DNA of 64,000 bases from Gemmatimonadales bacterium (lineage in GTDB: Bacteria > Gemmatimonadota > Gemmatimonadetes > Gemmatimonadales > GWC2-71-9), in the NCBI GenBank assembly GCA_035644115.1, contig DASQPE010000099.1, forward strand, positions 319 to 64,318, in the 5' to 3' direction. Made by a program: the position numbers and the translations under genes. A model generated the notes under the pieces. That model searched no databases. It was given only the letters and a program-made list of their open reading frames with translations, and had not been told where the DNA came from. Shown here in pieces: positions 25,360 through 34,413 of this stretch; the stretch's first letter is position 1; the number at the start of each line of letters is the position of its first letter.

Positions 25360-27840
25360 CTAAACTCTCCGGCGGCGGGTCGGCTCGGCCCGGAGCGGGT
25401 CGTCGGGCCAGTAGTGCTTCGGGTAGCGCCCCTTCAGGTCCTTCCGCACGTCGAAGTACGTCGTCCGCCAGAAGCTCGCCAGGTCGCGCGTTACTTGAAC
25501 CGGTCGCTGCGCCGGCGAGAGCAGGTGCAGGGTAAGCGGCACTGCGCCGCCGCCCACTCGCGGGGTTTCCGCCCAACCGAACACTTCCTGCAGCCGCACC
25601 GCGAGCGCCGGAGCATCGGGGTCGCTGTAGTCCACGGCGATCCTCGAGCCGCTCGGCACCTCGATATGGGTGGGGGCGAGCCGGTCCAGCGCGGCCCGCT
25701 GCTCGCCAGACAAAAGCCCGAGCAGCAGCTGGCCCAGGTCCAGCCGTCGCAGGCCGTCTCGCTTCGTGATGCCGCCCAGCGCGGGGCCCAGCCACTCGGC
25801 CAGAGAGCCGAGCAGCGCCGCGTCCGAGACATCGGGCCAGCGGGAGTCGAGCCGATGTCCGAACCCGATCCTGGCCCGCGTCCGCAAAGCTCCCTCGGTC
25901 CACGGCAGGCCGCCCGGCCCGTCGCGCCGCAGCCGGTCGAGCAGAGCGGCGGTGACCGCGCCCGGGTCGGGGTCGCGGATTGTCAGCTCGCGCAGCACGA
26001 TGGCCCCCAGTCTCTCGTGCCGCCGCGCGACCACGGCGTCCGCGCCATCGTCCCACGCGACACTCTCCTCGCGGACGACCTGGTCCCCCAGCTCCCGCTC
26101 CAGATCGTCGAGCGCGAGCGGCGCCCCCAGATAGATCCGGCTCTCCTGCGGCTTGCCGTCGAGCTCGGCGGCGACCACATAGTCCTCCCGGCCGAGCGGA
26201 TCGCTCGGGTCCACGAAGGCACCGGCTCCATTTCGGAGCAGAAAGCGCGTGCTCCCCTGACGCCGCTGGCCGATCCGATCCGGGTACGCCAGCGCCAGCA
26301 GCAGTCCCACCTCCGACGGCGCGGGATCGCGTTCGGACTGGTCGGCCACGCCCAGGCGCCGGCGGATGAGCCGGGCCTCGGCCTGGATCCGACGCAGCGC
26401 GGCCGGGCTCGCTGACGGATGCCCTCGGCGCAGCGCATCGAGGCGGAGCGAAAGGTCGGCCCCGGTCTCACCTTCGCCGCGAAAGGGGTCGCGCTCGCTG
26501 AGTAGCGCGGCGAGATCCGCCGCCGGTCCCGAGAGCCCCAGACTCCCCGCCCGGAGCAGCATGTGCGCGAGGCGAGGGTGAATGGCGAGCTGCGCCATGC
26601 GGCGGCCATGGGCGGTGACTCTGCCGGTTCCATCGAGCGCACCGAGCTCGCCGAGCAGCTCCCGGGCCTGCTGAAGCGCGGCGGCCGGCGGGGCATCCAG
26701 CCACCTGAGCTCGCCTGGATCGGTCACACCGGCGTCCGCGAGATCGAGCGCGAGCGGCGCGAGGTCGGCCCCGAGAATCTCCGGGGTATCGAACGGCCGC
26801 AGCTCCGTCATCGCGGCCTCCGGCCAGAGGCGCCAACAGATACCCGGCCCGGTACGGCCGGCGCGGCCCCGCCGCTGGTCCGCCGCCGCCCGAGACACCC
26901 GGACCGTCTCGAGCCGGGTCATGCCCGTGCGGGGTGAAAAGCGCGGCACCCGGGCGAGGCCGGCGTCGATCACGACCCGAACGCCTTCGATTGTGAGGCT
27001 GGTTTCCGCGATCGAAGTCGCGAGCACGACCTTGCGGCTACCCGCGGGACTCGGCGCGATCGCTGCCTCCTGCGCTTCGGGACCGAGATCGCCGGACAGC
27101 GGGTGCACTCGGATCGTGGGGTCGAGTCCCCCGGTTGCCAGCAGGGTCGCGGTGCGTCGGATCTCGCCCGCGCCAGGCAGAAACACCAGCACATCGCCGG
27201 GCTCCGCCTGCAGCGCGTCGTGCACCGCAGCGGCCGCCGCGACGTGGACTGGAGCATCCGCACGGGCCCGCACATAGCGGGTTTCGATCGGGTATTGGCG
27301 TCCTTCGGTCGTCACGATCGGCGCCCCGTCGAGCAGAGCCGCTACCCGCTCGCCCTCGAGCGTCGCCGACATGACCAGTATCCGAAGGTCCTCGCGCATA
27401 AGCCCGCGGCTATGCAGCGTGAGGGCCAGGCCGAGATCGCCGTGAAGGCTCCGCTCGTGGAACTCGTCGAAGATGACGAGTCCGATGCCCTCGAGGCCCG
27501 GATCCGCCGAGAGCAGTCGGGTCAGGACGCCCTCGGTGACGACCTCGATCCGGGTGGCCGGCCCTACCCGGGTATCGCGGCGAATCCGGTAGCCCACGGT
27601 GGCCCCAACCGGTTGCTGGAGCAGGCGAGCCATCCAACCCGCCGCGGCCCGAGCTGCCAGCCGGCGCGGCTCCAGCATCACGATACGCCCGCTCAGCCAG
27701 GGCTCGTCGAGCAGCGCGAGCGGCACCCGGGTGGTCTTACCCGAGCCGGGAGGCGCCTGCAACACCGCTGCCCGCCGCTCGCGAAGCGCGCCGCGGAGCG
27801 CGGGCAGCGCGCCGTCGATAGGAAGAGGGGCCGCCGTCAT
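25360..27840 (-). CDS. hrpB: ATP-dependent RNA helicase HrpB (DEAH box)
   Basis: Track ORF of 826 aa. Motifs GSGKTT and DEFHERS, helicase C and HA2 domains, and the HrpB-specific C-terminal domain (YPKHYWPDDP). Confidence 0.9.
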   Translation of the reverse strand: MTAAPLPIDGALPALRGALRERRAAVLQAPPGSGKTTRVPLALLDEPWLSGRIVMLEPRRLAARAAAGWMARLLQQPVGATVGYRIRRDTRVGPATRIEVVTEGVLTRLLSADPGLEGIGLVIFDEFHERSLHGDLGLALTLHSRGLMREDLRILVMSATLEGERVAALLDGAPIVTTEGRQYPIETRYVRARADAPVHVAAAAAVHDALQAEPGDVLVFLPGAGEIRRTATLLATGGLDPTIRVHPLSGDLGPEAQEAAIAPSPAGSRKVVLATSIAETSLTIEGVRVVIDAGLARVPRFSPRTGMTRLETVRVSRAAADQRRGRAGRTGPGICWRLWPEAAMTELRPFDTPEILGADLAPLALDLADAGVTDPGELRWLDAPPAAALQQARELLGELGALDGTGRVTAHGRRMAQLAIHPRLAHMLLRAGSLGLSGPAADLAALLSERDPFRGEGETGADLSLRLDALRRGHPSASPAALRRIQAEARLIRRRLGVADQSERDPAPSEVGLLLALAYPDRIGQRRQGSTRFLLRNGAGAFVDPSDPLGREDYVVAAELDGKPQESRIYLGAPLALDDLERELGDQVVREESVAWDDGADAVVARRHERLGAIVLRELTIRDPDPGAVTAALLDRLRRDGPGGLPWTEGALRTRARIGFGHRLDSRWPDVSDAALLGSLAEWLGPALGGITKRDGLRRLDLGQLLLGLLSGEQRAALDRLAPTHIEVPSGSRIAVDYSDPDAPALAVRLQEVFGWAETPRVGGGAVPLTLHLLSPAQRPVQVTRDLASFWRTTYFDVRKDLKGRYPKHYWPDDPLRAEPTRRRRV

Positions 27841-27905
27841 CGCCCGAAACTTACCGCCGCGCTCTACCGTCTTCGGGTGAGACGCGATAGTCTATAGCGC
27901 ACTCT

Positions 27906-28400
27906 ATGTCACCCGCCGACCTGCTCGACCTTTTCGCGTGGGATGCCTGGGCCAACCGCGAGACGCTGCATTCCGTGCGTCCGGCTGCTGCCGACGCACC
28001 CAGAACCGTCAAGCTGCTGGCCCACATAGCCGCCACCGAGATCCTGTGGCTGTCACGCATCCATGCGAGGCCGTCGCCGGTCGCGGTCTGGCCCGACCTC
28101 CCGATCGAGGAGTGTACCCGGTTGTTGGTCGACGCGGCCGACCAGTGGCTCGCCTGCCTCCAGGGCCTCGGCCCCGAAGATGGGTCCCGGCCGGTGGCCT
28201 ACGTCAATTCCAAGGGGGAGTCGTTTCGAAGCTCGGTCATCGATATCGCCACCCACGTCGTGTTCCACTCGCATTACCACCGGGGCCAGATCGCCGCCCT
28301 GGTCCGCGCCGCCGGCCACGAGCCGGCCTACACCGACCTGATCCACGCAATCCGCACCAACGCTGTGGCACCCAAGGAGGTCGTCCGTGACCGAGACTGA
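27906..28400 (+). CDS. DinB family protein
   Basis: Track ORF. WDAWANRETL...HIAATEILW...HSHYHRGQIA. Confidence 0.8.
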   Translation: MSPADLLDLFAWDAWANRETLHSVRPAAADAPRTVKLLAHIAATEILWLSRIHARPSPVAVWPDLPIEECTRLLVDAADQWLACLQGLGPEDGSRPVAYVNSKGESFRSSVIDIATHVVFHSHYHRGQIAALVRAAGHEPAYTDLIHAIRTNAVAPKEVVRDRD

Positions 28401-28629
28401 GTTCGACGTGCGGCGCCGCGCCGCCGCACGGGCGAAGCAGGTGCTGGAAGGGACCCTCAGCCCCGAGGCTCTCCGGGCAGAGTTCGCCGACGTGGAGGAC
28501 CGTGCCGTCGCCTCGCTGCTCGACCTGCTGGAGCATGCGCCGGTGCACGGAGTGCTGGGCGGGGGCGAGGGAGCCTGGCAGAACTACCAGCAGTCGCTGC
28601 GGGACGTCATCGCAGGCCTAACGACCTGA
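28387..28629 (+). CDS. hypothetical protein (80 aa)
   Basis: Track ORF with a GTG start overlapping the DinB gene by 14 nt. No domain recognised. Confidence 0.4.
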   Translation: MTETEFDVRRRAAARAKQVLEGTLSPEALRAEFADVEDRAVASLLDLLEHAPVHGVLGGGEGAWQNYQQSLRDVIAGLTT

Positions 28630-28631
28630 CC

Positions 28632-28973
28632 ATGTCGGGCCGGTTCACCGTCGAGCAGGCCGTCAGCGCGCTTCCCGAGCCCCCTGCCGAGCAATACGCC
28701 GAGCTGTTCCAGCACGGGACCCTGCGGGTCGGCCTCTATGCCCCGCGAGATCACGATCCACAGGAGCCGCACACTCAGGACGAGGTCTACCTGGTGTTGG
28801 CGGGCGCCGGCTGGTTCGTGAACGGGCCGGCCCGCGATCGCTTCGGCCCTGGCGATCTGCTCTTCGTTCCGGCGGGCACCCTCCATCGCTTCGAGGATTT
28901 TACCGACGATTTTCGGGTGTGGGTGATCTTCTACGGTCCACCCGGGGGCGAGCGGCCGGTGCGCGATGGCTGA
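28632..28973 (+). CDS. cupin domain protein
   Basis: Track ORF. PHTQDEVYLVLAGAGWF...GDLLFVPAGTLHRF. Confidence 0.75.
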   Translation: MSGRFTVEQAVSALPEPPAEQYAELFQHGTLRVGLYAPRDHDPQEPHTQDEVYLVLAGAGWFVNGPARDRFGPGDLLFVPAGTLHRFEDFTDDFRVWVIFYGPPGGERPVRDG

Positions 28974-29196
28974 CGCGCGGGGGGAGATGGGGCGCCAGCT
29001 GCTGCGCATGATCGCGCTGGTGGCGGCGGTTGACGCGGTCGCGATCGCGGCGTGGTTCCTCGCCGGCATCCGCGGCCGGAGCGAGGGCGTGCAGGTGCTG
29101 TATGCGATCGGGTGGACCCTGGCGACGCTGGGGGTGGTGGTTGTCTCTATGCGGAAGATCAGAGACGCCAGAAAAAGCGTGAAAAGTGAAAAATGA
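28966..29196 (+). CDS. small two-helix membrane protein (76 aa)
   Basis: Track ORF with two hydrophobic helices. The last codons (..SVKSEK) and the stop lie inside the left arm of hairpin A. Confidence 0.45.
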   Translation: MADARGEMGRQLLRMIALVAAVDAVAIAAWFLAGIRGRSEGVQVLYAIGWTLATLGVVVVSMRKIRDARKSVKSEK

Positions 29197-29282
29197 AAAG
29201 TGAAAAGGGGCGCCGATCACGCACGGAGCCCCCTTTTCACTGTTCACTGTTCACTTTTCACTTTCACTTTCACTTTTCACGC
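29177..29282. repeat. hairpin A: inverted repeat whose arms are tandem heptamers, (TGAAAAG)x4 versus (CTTTTCA-like)x7
   Basis: Read directly. Positions 29179-29210 pair with 29230-29261 (32 positions, 3 mismatches) around a 19-nt loop. It lies between convergent stop codons at 29196 and 29277. Confidence 0.9.
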
Positions 29283-30071
29283 AGTTTCAGTCTTGGCCCC
29301 CGTGGCGCTGGTGATCGCCGGCGTCTCCCCGGTCGGCTGGTCCACCGCGTCGATTCGCACCACAATGGCCGTGATGTTGTCGAGGCCGCCCCGACGGTTC
29401 GCTTCGGTGATCATCTTGTCCACCCACGCCTGCGGGTCCCCCTCCGACGACAGGATCTTGACCAGCAGCTCGTCTTCCAGCATTCCCGTGAGCCCGTCCG
29501 ACCCCAGCAGCACGATGTCGCCTGTCTTGAGCGAGCCGAAGTAGAGATCCGGCACCACGTCCACGCTGGCCCCGACGCAGCGGGTGATGACGTTGCTGTA
29601 GGGATGGACCCGTGCCTGCTCAGCCGTGAGCAGCCCGGCGTCCACCTGCTCCTGCACGTAGGAATGATCTTTGGTGAGTTGGGTGAAGTAGCCGTCCCGG
29701 AGCAGGTAGGCCCGACTGTCTCCCACCTGGCCGATCAGGTACCGCCCCCGCATGAGCACCAGCACGGTGGCGGTGGTCCCCATACCCCGCTTGTCGTGTT
29801 CGGCCAGCGTGCGCTCGAAGATCGCGTCGTTGGCCTCCCGGATCGAGGCCCGGACCCGCTCGGCAACCTGCTGCTCGGTCAGCCCGCGCAGCGAGCCGAT
29901 CTCGCGCGAGGCGATGCGGACCGCCATCTCACTGGCCACCTCGCCGGCCGCATGCCCGCCCATCCCATCCGCGACGATGAAAATGCCGCGATCGGAGAGC
30001 ATGAGGTAGTTGTCTTCGTTGCCCGACCGGACGACACCTACGTCGGTGCGGGCTGCACAGGTGAAGTGCAC
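29277..30071 (-). CDS. PP2C-family Ser/Thr protein phosphatase
   Basis: Track ORF. RSGNEDN, VADGMGGHAAGEVAS and LLGSDGL motifs. Confidence 0.9.
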   Translation of the reverse strand: MHFTCAARTDVGVVRSGNEDNYLMLSDRGIFIVADGMGGHAAGEVASEMAVRIASREIGSLRGLTEQQVAERVRASIREANDAIFERTLAEHDKRGMGTTATVLVLMRGRYLIGQVGDSRAYLLRDGYFTQLTKDHSYVQEQVDAGLLTAEQARVHPYSNVITRCVGASVDVVPDLYFGSLKTGDIVLLGSDGLTGMLEDELLVKILSSEGDPQAWVDKMITEANRRGGLDNITAIVVRIDAVDQPTGETPAITSATGAKTETA

Positions 30072-30081
30072 GGGGCTCCGT

Positions 30082-31404
30082 TTATTTCAACAGCATGAAC
30101 GCGATGACGCCTGCGACCACGAGAACGGCGGCTACGATCAGCCACCGCGGCAGTCCCTGAGGCTCGGGTGCAGCGGCGCGGACCGGCCTCCGCGGGGAAG
30201 CGGCTTCCCGTTCGGGCGGCGTGCGCAGCCCTTCGACCATGCGGGTTCCCACCCGCTGCTGGATGCCGGTCGTATCATCCGTCGATTCGAACAGCGTCGC
30301 GACCTCGCCGAATCGAATGGTGGCACCGGGTCCGAGCGGAGTCTCCTCCGTGAGTCGCTCGCCGTCCACGAAGGTTCCGTTGGTAGACCCCAGATCGGTC
30401 AACACCCAGATCCCTTCGCGCCGCTGCAGCTTCGCGTGCGACGCGCTCACGCTCGGCTCCGGGATCACCAGGTCGTTGTAGTCGCCCCGGCCGATGTTCA
30501 CCACCGGGTTCCGCACCGTGAGCCGTTTCCCCTTGAGACTGCCACTCCGCACCAGCAGTGACGCAATCGGGGCCTCGACGGCCGTGATCGGCGTGACCGG
30601 CCCCGCCAGCGGTGGGCCGGGCGGACCGCCGAACATGGTGTCGAACAGGCGTTGCTGCGCCCCGGTCGGCGGCGGCTCGGCACCGGTCGCGGCGACCGCG
30701 GGGGCCGGCGGCGGGGTCGGCGCGCTACCGGCTTCGCCGTAGAACCGGAATTCATCCGCGCCGACCCGGATGACATCGGCCCGGTGCAGCACGCGGGAGC
30801 CCTCCACCCGGTGCCCGTTCACGAAGGTGCCGTTGGTGCTGGTGTCCACCAGCACGAAACCCTGCTCCGTCGCGACGATCTGCGCGTGCCGTCGCGACAC
30901 CTCGTTTCCCGGGACCACGACGTCCGCGCTCGCGTCCCGCCCGATGACCACCGCGGCTCCCACCTGGTATTCGCGCCCGTCGGTGAGACACACCAGCCGC
31001 CCACCGGTAACCACGGCCGGTGGCGGCGGCTTGGAGCCGCTGGACGGCGTGAACTTTTCGAAGGCGGACGAATCGAAGAACTTGGTGTGGCCTCCCCGGC
31101 TGGGATCGACCACCAGGAGCTCGTGCGGACCGATCCTGATCTTGTCGCCGTGCAGCACCGGGGTCGGATCGTCGCCCTGCCGAACCCCGTTCACCAGGAT
31201 CTCGGCCCCCGGCGAGCCTCGGCGGATGGCGGCCGATCCGTCCGGCAGCCCCTGCACGACGGCATGACGCGGCTGAACACCCTCCCCGCTGAGGGGCAGA
31301 GCGCAATCGGCGTCGGATCCGACCACCGTTTCGCCGGCGGCGATGGGGTATCGCAAGCCGCCGACTTCAAGTTGCATCATGGAGCCTGGTGCAGGGTGGG
31401 TCAT
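30082..31404 (-). CDS. triple-FHA-domain protein with C-terminal TM anchor
   Basis: Track ORF with three FHA cores: GSDADCALPL...RHAVV; IGRDASADVVV..VSRRHAQI...STNGTFVNG; IGRGDYNDLVI..VSASHAKL..STNGTFVDG. C-terminal helix WLIVAAVLVVAGVIAFMLL. The start could be 31380. Confidence 0.85.
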   Translation of the reverse strand: MTHPAPGSMMQLEVGGLRYPIAAGETVVGSDADCALPLSGEGVQPRHAVVQGLPDGSAAIRRGSPGAEILVNGVRQGDDPTPVLHGDKIRIGPHELLVVDPSRGGHTKFFDSSAFEKFTPSSGSKPPPPAVVTGGRLVCLTDGREYQVGAAVVIGRDASADVVVPGNEVSRRHAQIVATEQGFVLVDTSTNGTFVNGHRVEGSRVLHRADVIRVGADEFRFYGEAGSAPTPPPAPAVAATGAEPPPTGAQQRLFDTMFGGPPGPPLAGPVTPITAVEAPIASLLVRSGSLKGKRLTVRNPVVNIGRGDYNDLVIPEPSVSASHAKLQRREGIWVLTDLGSTNGTFVDGERLTEETPLGPGATIRFGEVATLFESTDDTTGIQQRVGTRMVEGLRTPPEREAASPRRPVRAAAPEPQGLPRWLIVAAVLVVAGVIAFMLLK

Positions 31405-31433
31405 GGAGTGCCAGACAACCTACCCGTGGGGTC

Positions 31434-33257
31434 CTAACCACGCAAGCCAGCGTGGGTTACCGCGCTGGCCGACTCCGGCGGGGCTTGCCCGCGAAGCTGC
31501 AGCTGATAAAGCCGCTCATACAGCCCGTGCTGGGTCAGCAGCTCGCGGTGGCTCCCGCGCTCCCGGATCTCTCCGTGATGCACGACGAGGATCTCGTCGG
31601 CGTGAAGGATCGTGCTCAGTCGATGGGCCACTACCAGGCTCGTTCGGCCGGCCATCAGCTCCTCGATCGCGCGCTGAATCTGCGCTTCCGTCTCTGCGTC
31701 CACCGAACTGGTCGCTTCGTCCAGCACCAGGATTTTGGGGTCGCGCGCCAACGCGCGAGCAAAGCTCAATAGCTGCCGCTCGCCCACGCTCAGGTTCCGC
31801 CCCCGCTCGCCCAGAACGTGGCTATAGCCCTGCGGCAACCGATCGACGAACCGGTCGGCCCCCACTCGCCGCGCCGCCTCGTGCGCCCCCGCCGGGGGGA
31901 TGGGGGCATCCAGCGTGAGATTGTGCAGGATGTCCCCAGTGAAGAGGAAGAGATCCTGTTGTACGAACCCGATGAGTCCCCGAAGTTCAGCCACCGTCAG
32001 CTCGCGGATGTCGACGCCATCGATCGTGATGCGGCCGCGCTGGGGATCATAGAAGCGAAGCAGCAGGCTCACGACGGTGGTCTTCCCGGCGCCGGTGTGC
32101 CCCACCAGCGCCACCGTCTCCCCCGGGCGGGCGGTGAACGACACGTCCTCGAGCACCCACGGACCGCTCTCCGAGTACCGGAACCAGACTCCCTCGAAGG
32201 CGACCTCGCCCCGTACCGGCTCCGGCAGCTGCCGCGGCGCCGTCGCCTCCGGCACCGTGACCGGCTCGTCCAGCAGGCGGAACACCCGCTCCGACGATGC
32301 CATCGCGCCCTGGAGCAGATTGAACTTCTCGGAGAGGTCCTGCAGTGGCTGGAAGAAGCGCCGGGTGAGCTGGATGAATGCCGCCAGGACGCCTACCGTG
32401 AGCGTGCCCCCCAGGGTCCGCAGGCCCCCGTACCAGAGCAGCAACGCGAGCGCGACCGCGGTGAGCACCTCCACCACCGGGAAGAAGATCGCGTAGATCG
32501 TGATCGAGCGCAGATGGGCCTCGAGGTGCTCGGCATTGATCCGTTGGAACTCGCCCGATGCCGCCCGCTCCCGGCTGAACAGCTGCACCACCCGCATCCC
32601 GGACAGGTGCTCCTGGAGGTAGGCGTTGAGCCGCGCCAACCGCACCCGGATGTCTCGAAATGCTTCCCGCACGCTCCGGCGGAATAGCGTCACGGTCAGC
32701 CACACCAGCGGGATGACCGCGAATGCCACCAGCGCAAGCCGCCAGTCGGTGGCCAGCATCAGTACCATGATCGCGCCCAGCGTAAACACGTCGCCGAACA
32801 CGGTCACCACGCCGGAGGAGAACAGCTCGTTCAGGGTCTCGACATCCGAGGTCACCCGGGTCATCAGCCGGCCAACCGGATGGCGATCGAAGTAAGGAAT
32901 GCTCAGCCGTTGGAGGTGGCCGAAGATCTGGAGCCGCAGATCGTACATGACGCGCTGGCCGACGTAGGTCGTGAGCAGGGTCTGGCCGTACTCGAACCCG
33001 AACTCGAGCGCCAGCGCGGCCAGATACAGCACGGCCAGGCTCCCCAGGAGCGCCGTGTCGCGGTGGGGGATGGCGATGTCGAGCGCCCGCTGAGTCAGGA
33101 TCGGGCCCACCAGGGTGAGCCCGGCGCCACCCAGGAGCAGAAGCACTGCGGCGCCGACCGGCAGCCGGTACGGTCGCAGGTAGACTAGCAACCGCTTGAG
33201 CAACCCCGGGTCATACCCCCGGGCGAGCGGTTCTTCGGTCTCGGCGGGCGCAGTCAT
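31434..33257 (-). CDS. ABC transporter permease/ATP-binding protein (MsbA-like exporter)
   Basis: ATG 33257 (MTAPAETEE...) is in frame with track ORF 31434..34529 and overlaps the upstream stop (ATGA). Six-TM ABC_membrane domain, Walker A GHTGAGKTT, signature LSVGERQ and Walker B ILVLDEATS. Confidence 0.9.
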   Translation of the reverse strand: MTAPAETEEPLARGYDPGLLKRLLVYLRPYRLPVGAAVLLLLGGAGLTLVGPILTQRALDIAIPHRDTALLGSLAVLYLAALALEFGFEYGQTLLTTYVGQRVMYDLRLQIFGHLQRLSIPYFDRHPVGRLMTRVTSDVETLNELFSSGVVTVFGDVFTLGAIMVLMLATDWRLALVAFAVIPLVWLTVTLFRRSVREAFRDIRVRLARLNAYLQEHLSGMRVVQLFSRERAASGEFQRINAEHLEAHLRSITIYAIFFPVVEVLTAVALALLLWYGGLRTLGGTLTVGVLAAFIQLTRRFFQPLQDLSEKFNLLQGAMASSERVFRLLDEPVTVPEATAPRQLPEPVRGEVAFEGVWFRYSESGPWVLEDVSFTARPGETVALVGHTGAGKTTVVSLLLRFYDPQRGRITIDGVDIRELTVAELRGLIGFVQQDLFLFTGDILHNLTLDAPIPPAGAHEAARRVGADRFVDRLPQGYSHVLGERGRNLSVGERQLLSFARALARDPKILVLDEATSSVDAETEAQIQRAIEELMAGRTSLVVAHRLSTILHADEILVVHHGEIRERGSHRELLTQHGLYERLYQLQLRGQAPPESASAVTHAGLRG

Positions 33258-34330
33258 GTCGCCGCTTCCGGCAGGGCCTCGCTGTCGATCGACTTGAGGC
33301 CGCGCCGGACCCAACCGGAGAAGACCAGGAAGCCGAACCCGATGGTCAGGTAGGCCAGGATGAAACGCCAGACCAGCGTGTAGACCGGGATCAGCCCCCG
33401 CGGCACGTACGCCGACATCACCGCCGCGCTCAGTAGCTCGGCGATGCCGGACGCGCCCGGCGTCGGGGCGAAGTAGAGCAGGAACATCACCAGAGTTTGA
33501 ACCAGCAGGACATCCACGAAGTTCGCGTGGATGCCCAGCGTGCGGAGGGCCACGTAACCCGCGAGCAGCTTGTTCGCGTGAGAGGGACCCGACAGGATCC
33601 AGGCCAGGCCCAGCGCGGCCCAGCCACGCGGACTGTTGAAGGCGACGACGCTCCCGTGTGCCTCCTCGATGCCGACCGTCAGACGATCGAGGCGGTCCGC
33701 CACCCGCCGGCTGCGCCGACCCGCCAACAGCGCCAGCCGGTGGATCACATTCGCGATGAACCGTGGGAACACGACGATCGTGATGAGCACGGCGCCGATC
33801 GCAGCGACCACGCCAAGGCTGCCGCGGAAGAGATCGTACAGCGAAAGCCCCAGCAGGTTGCCCTTGGTGCCCAGCGAGCGGCCGGCACCGAACGCGATCG
33901 CGAGCGGCCCCGCGATCCCGAAGAAGGCGATCGTGGCGATGAAGCTCATGAGGGTGGCGGTAACCGCCACTGGAAGCGGGATGCCGTAGCGCCGCATGGT
34001 GTACATCGTCATCGGCCCCGCGCCGGAGTTGAGCGGGGTGACGTACGCGCCCCACGCCCCCATGCCGCCGGCGAGAATGCACCCCTTGAGCGGCGGGTGG
34101 GGGACCACATGGCGGGCAAGCACCCACAGCCGAAGACCCCCGCCGATCCAGTCCATCGATGCCAGGCACACGCCGACGAGCAGCCAGCTCCAGTTCAGCC
34201 GCCCGAGCATCGCGACCGAGGCCGAGGCGTCCTTGCCGTACAGAAAAGTGAGACCGTACCCCAGCAGGGAAGCGACCAGGAAGATCTCGAAGCCCCGGAG
34301 CAGGAGCTTGGGAGTCAGCAGGCGGGCCAT
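33254..34330 (-). CDS. UPF0104 / lysylphosphatidylglycerol-synthase-TM-region-like (flippase-like) membrane protein
   Basis: Track ORF of 358 aa, polytopic. The C-terminal motif FAPTPGASGIAELL is typical of this family. Confidence 0.75.
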   Translation of the reverse strand: MARLLTPKLLLRGFEIFLVASLLGYGLTFLYGKDASASVAMLGRLNWSWLLVGVCLASMDWIGGGLRLWVLARHVVPHPPLKGCILAGGMGAWGAYVTPLNSGAGPMTMYTMRRYGIPLPVAVTATLMSFIATIAFFGIAGPLAIAFGAGRSLGTKGNLLGLSLYDLFRGSLGVVAAIGAVLITIVVFPRFIANVIHRLALLAGRRSRRVADRLDRLTVGIEEAHGSVVAFNSPRGWAALGLAWILSGPSHANKLLAGYVALRTLGIHANFVDVLLVQTLVMFLLYFAPTPGASGIAELLSAAVMSAYVPRGLIPVYTLVWRFILAYLTIGFGFLVFSGWVRRGLKSIDSEALPEAAT

Positions 34331-34413
34331 TGGCCGGGAAAGATAGGGGGGAGACGGGAGCGGACGGGAGCGGGCCGGAGCAGGGACCGCCCGCCCCGTT
34401 ATTTTCCCTGCAC

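Noticed and set aside
29177-29282. The short-repeat arrays at 29177, 39780 and 61659 as CRISPR arrays
   Set aside because: The repeat period is 7-8 nt with no unique spacers, each array faces its own reverse complement, and no cas genes are present.
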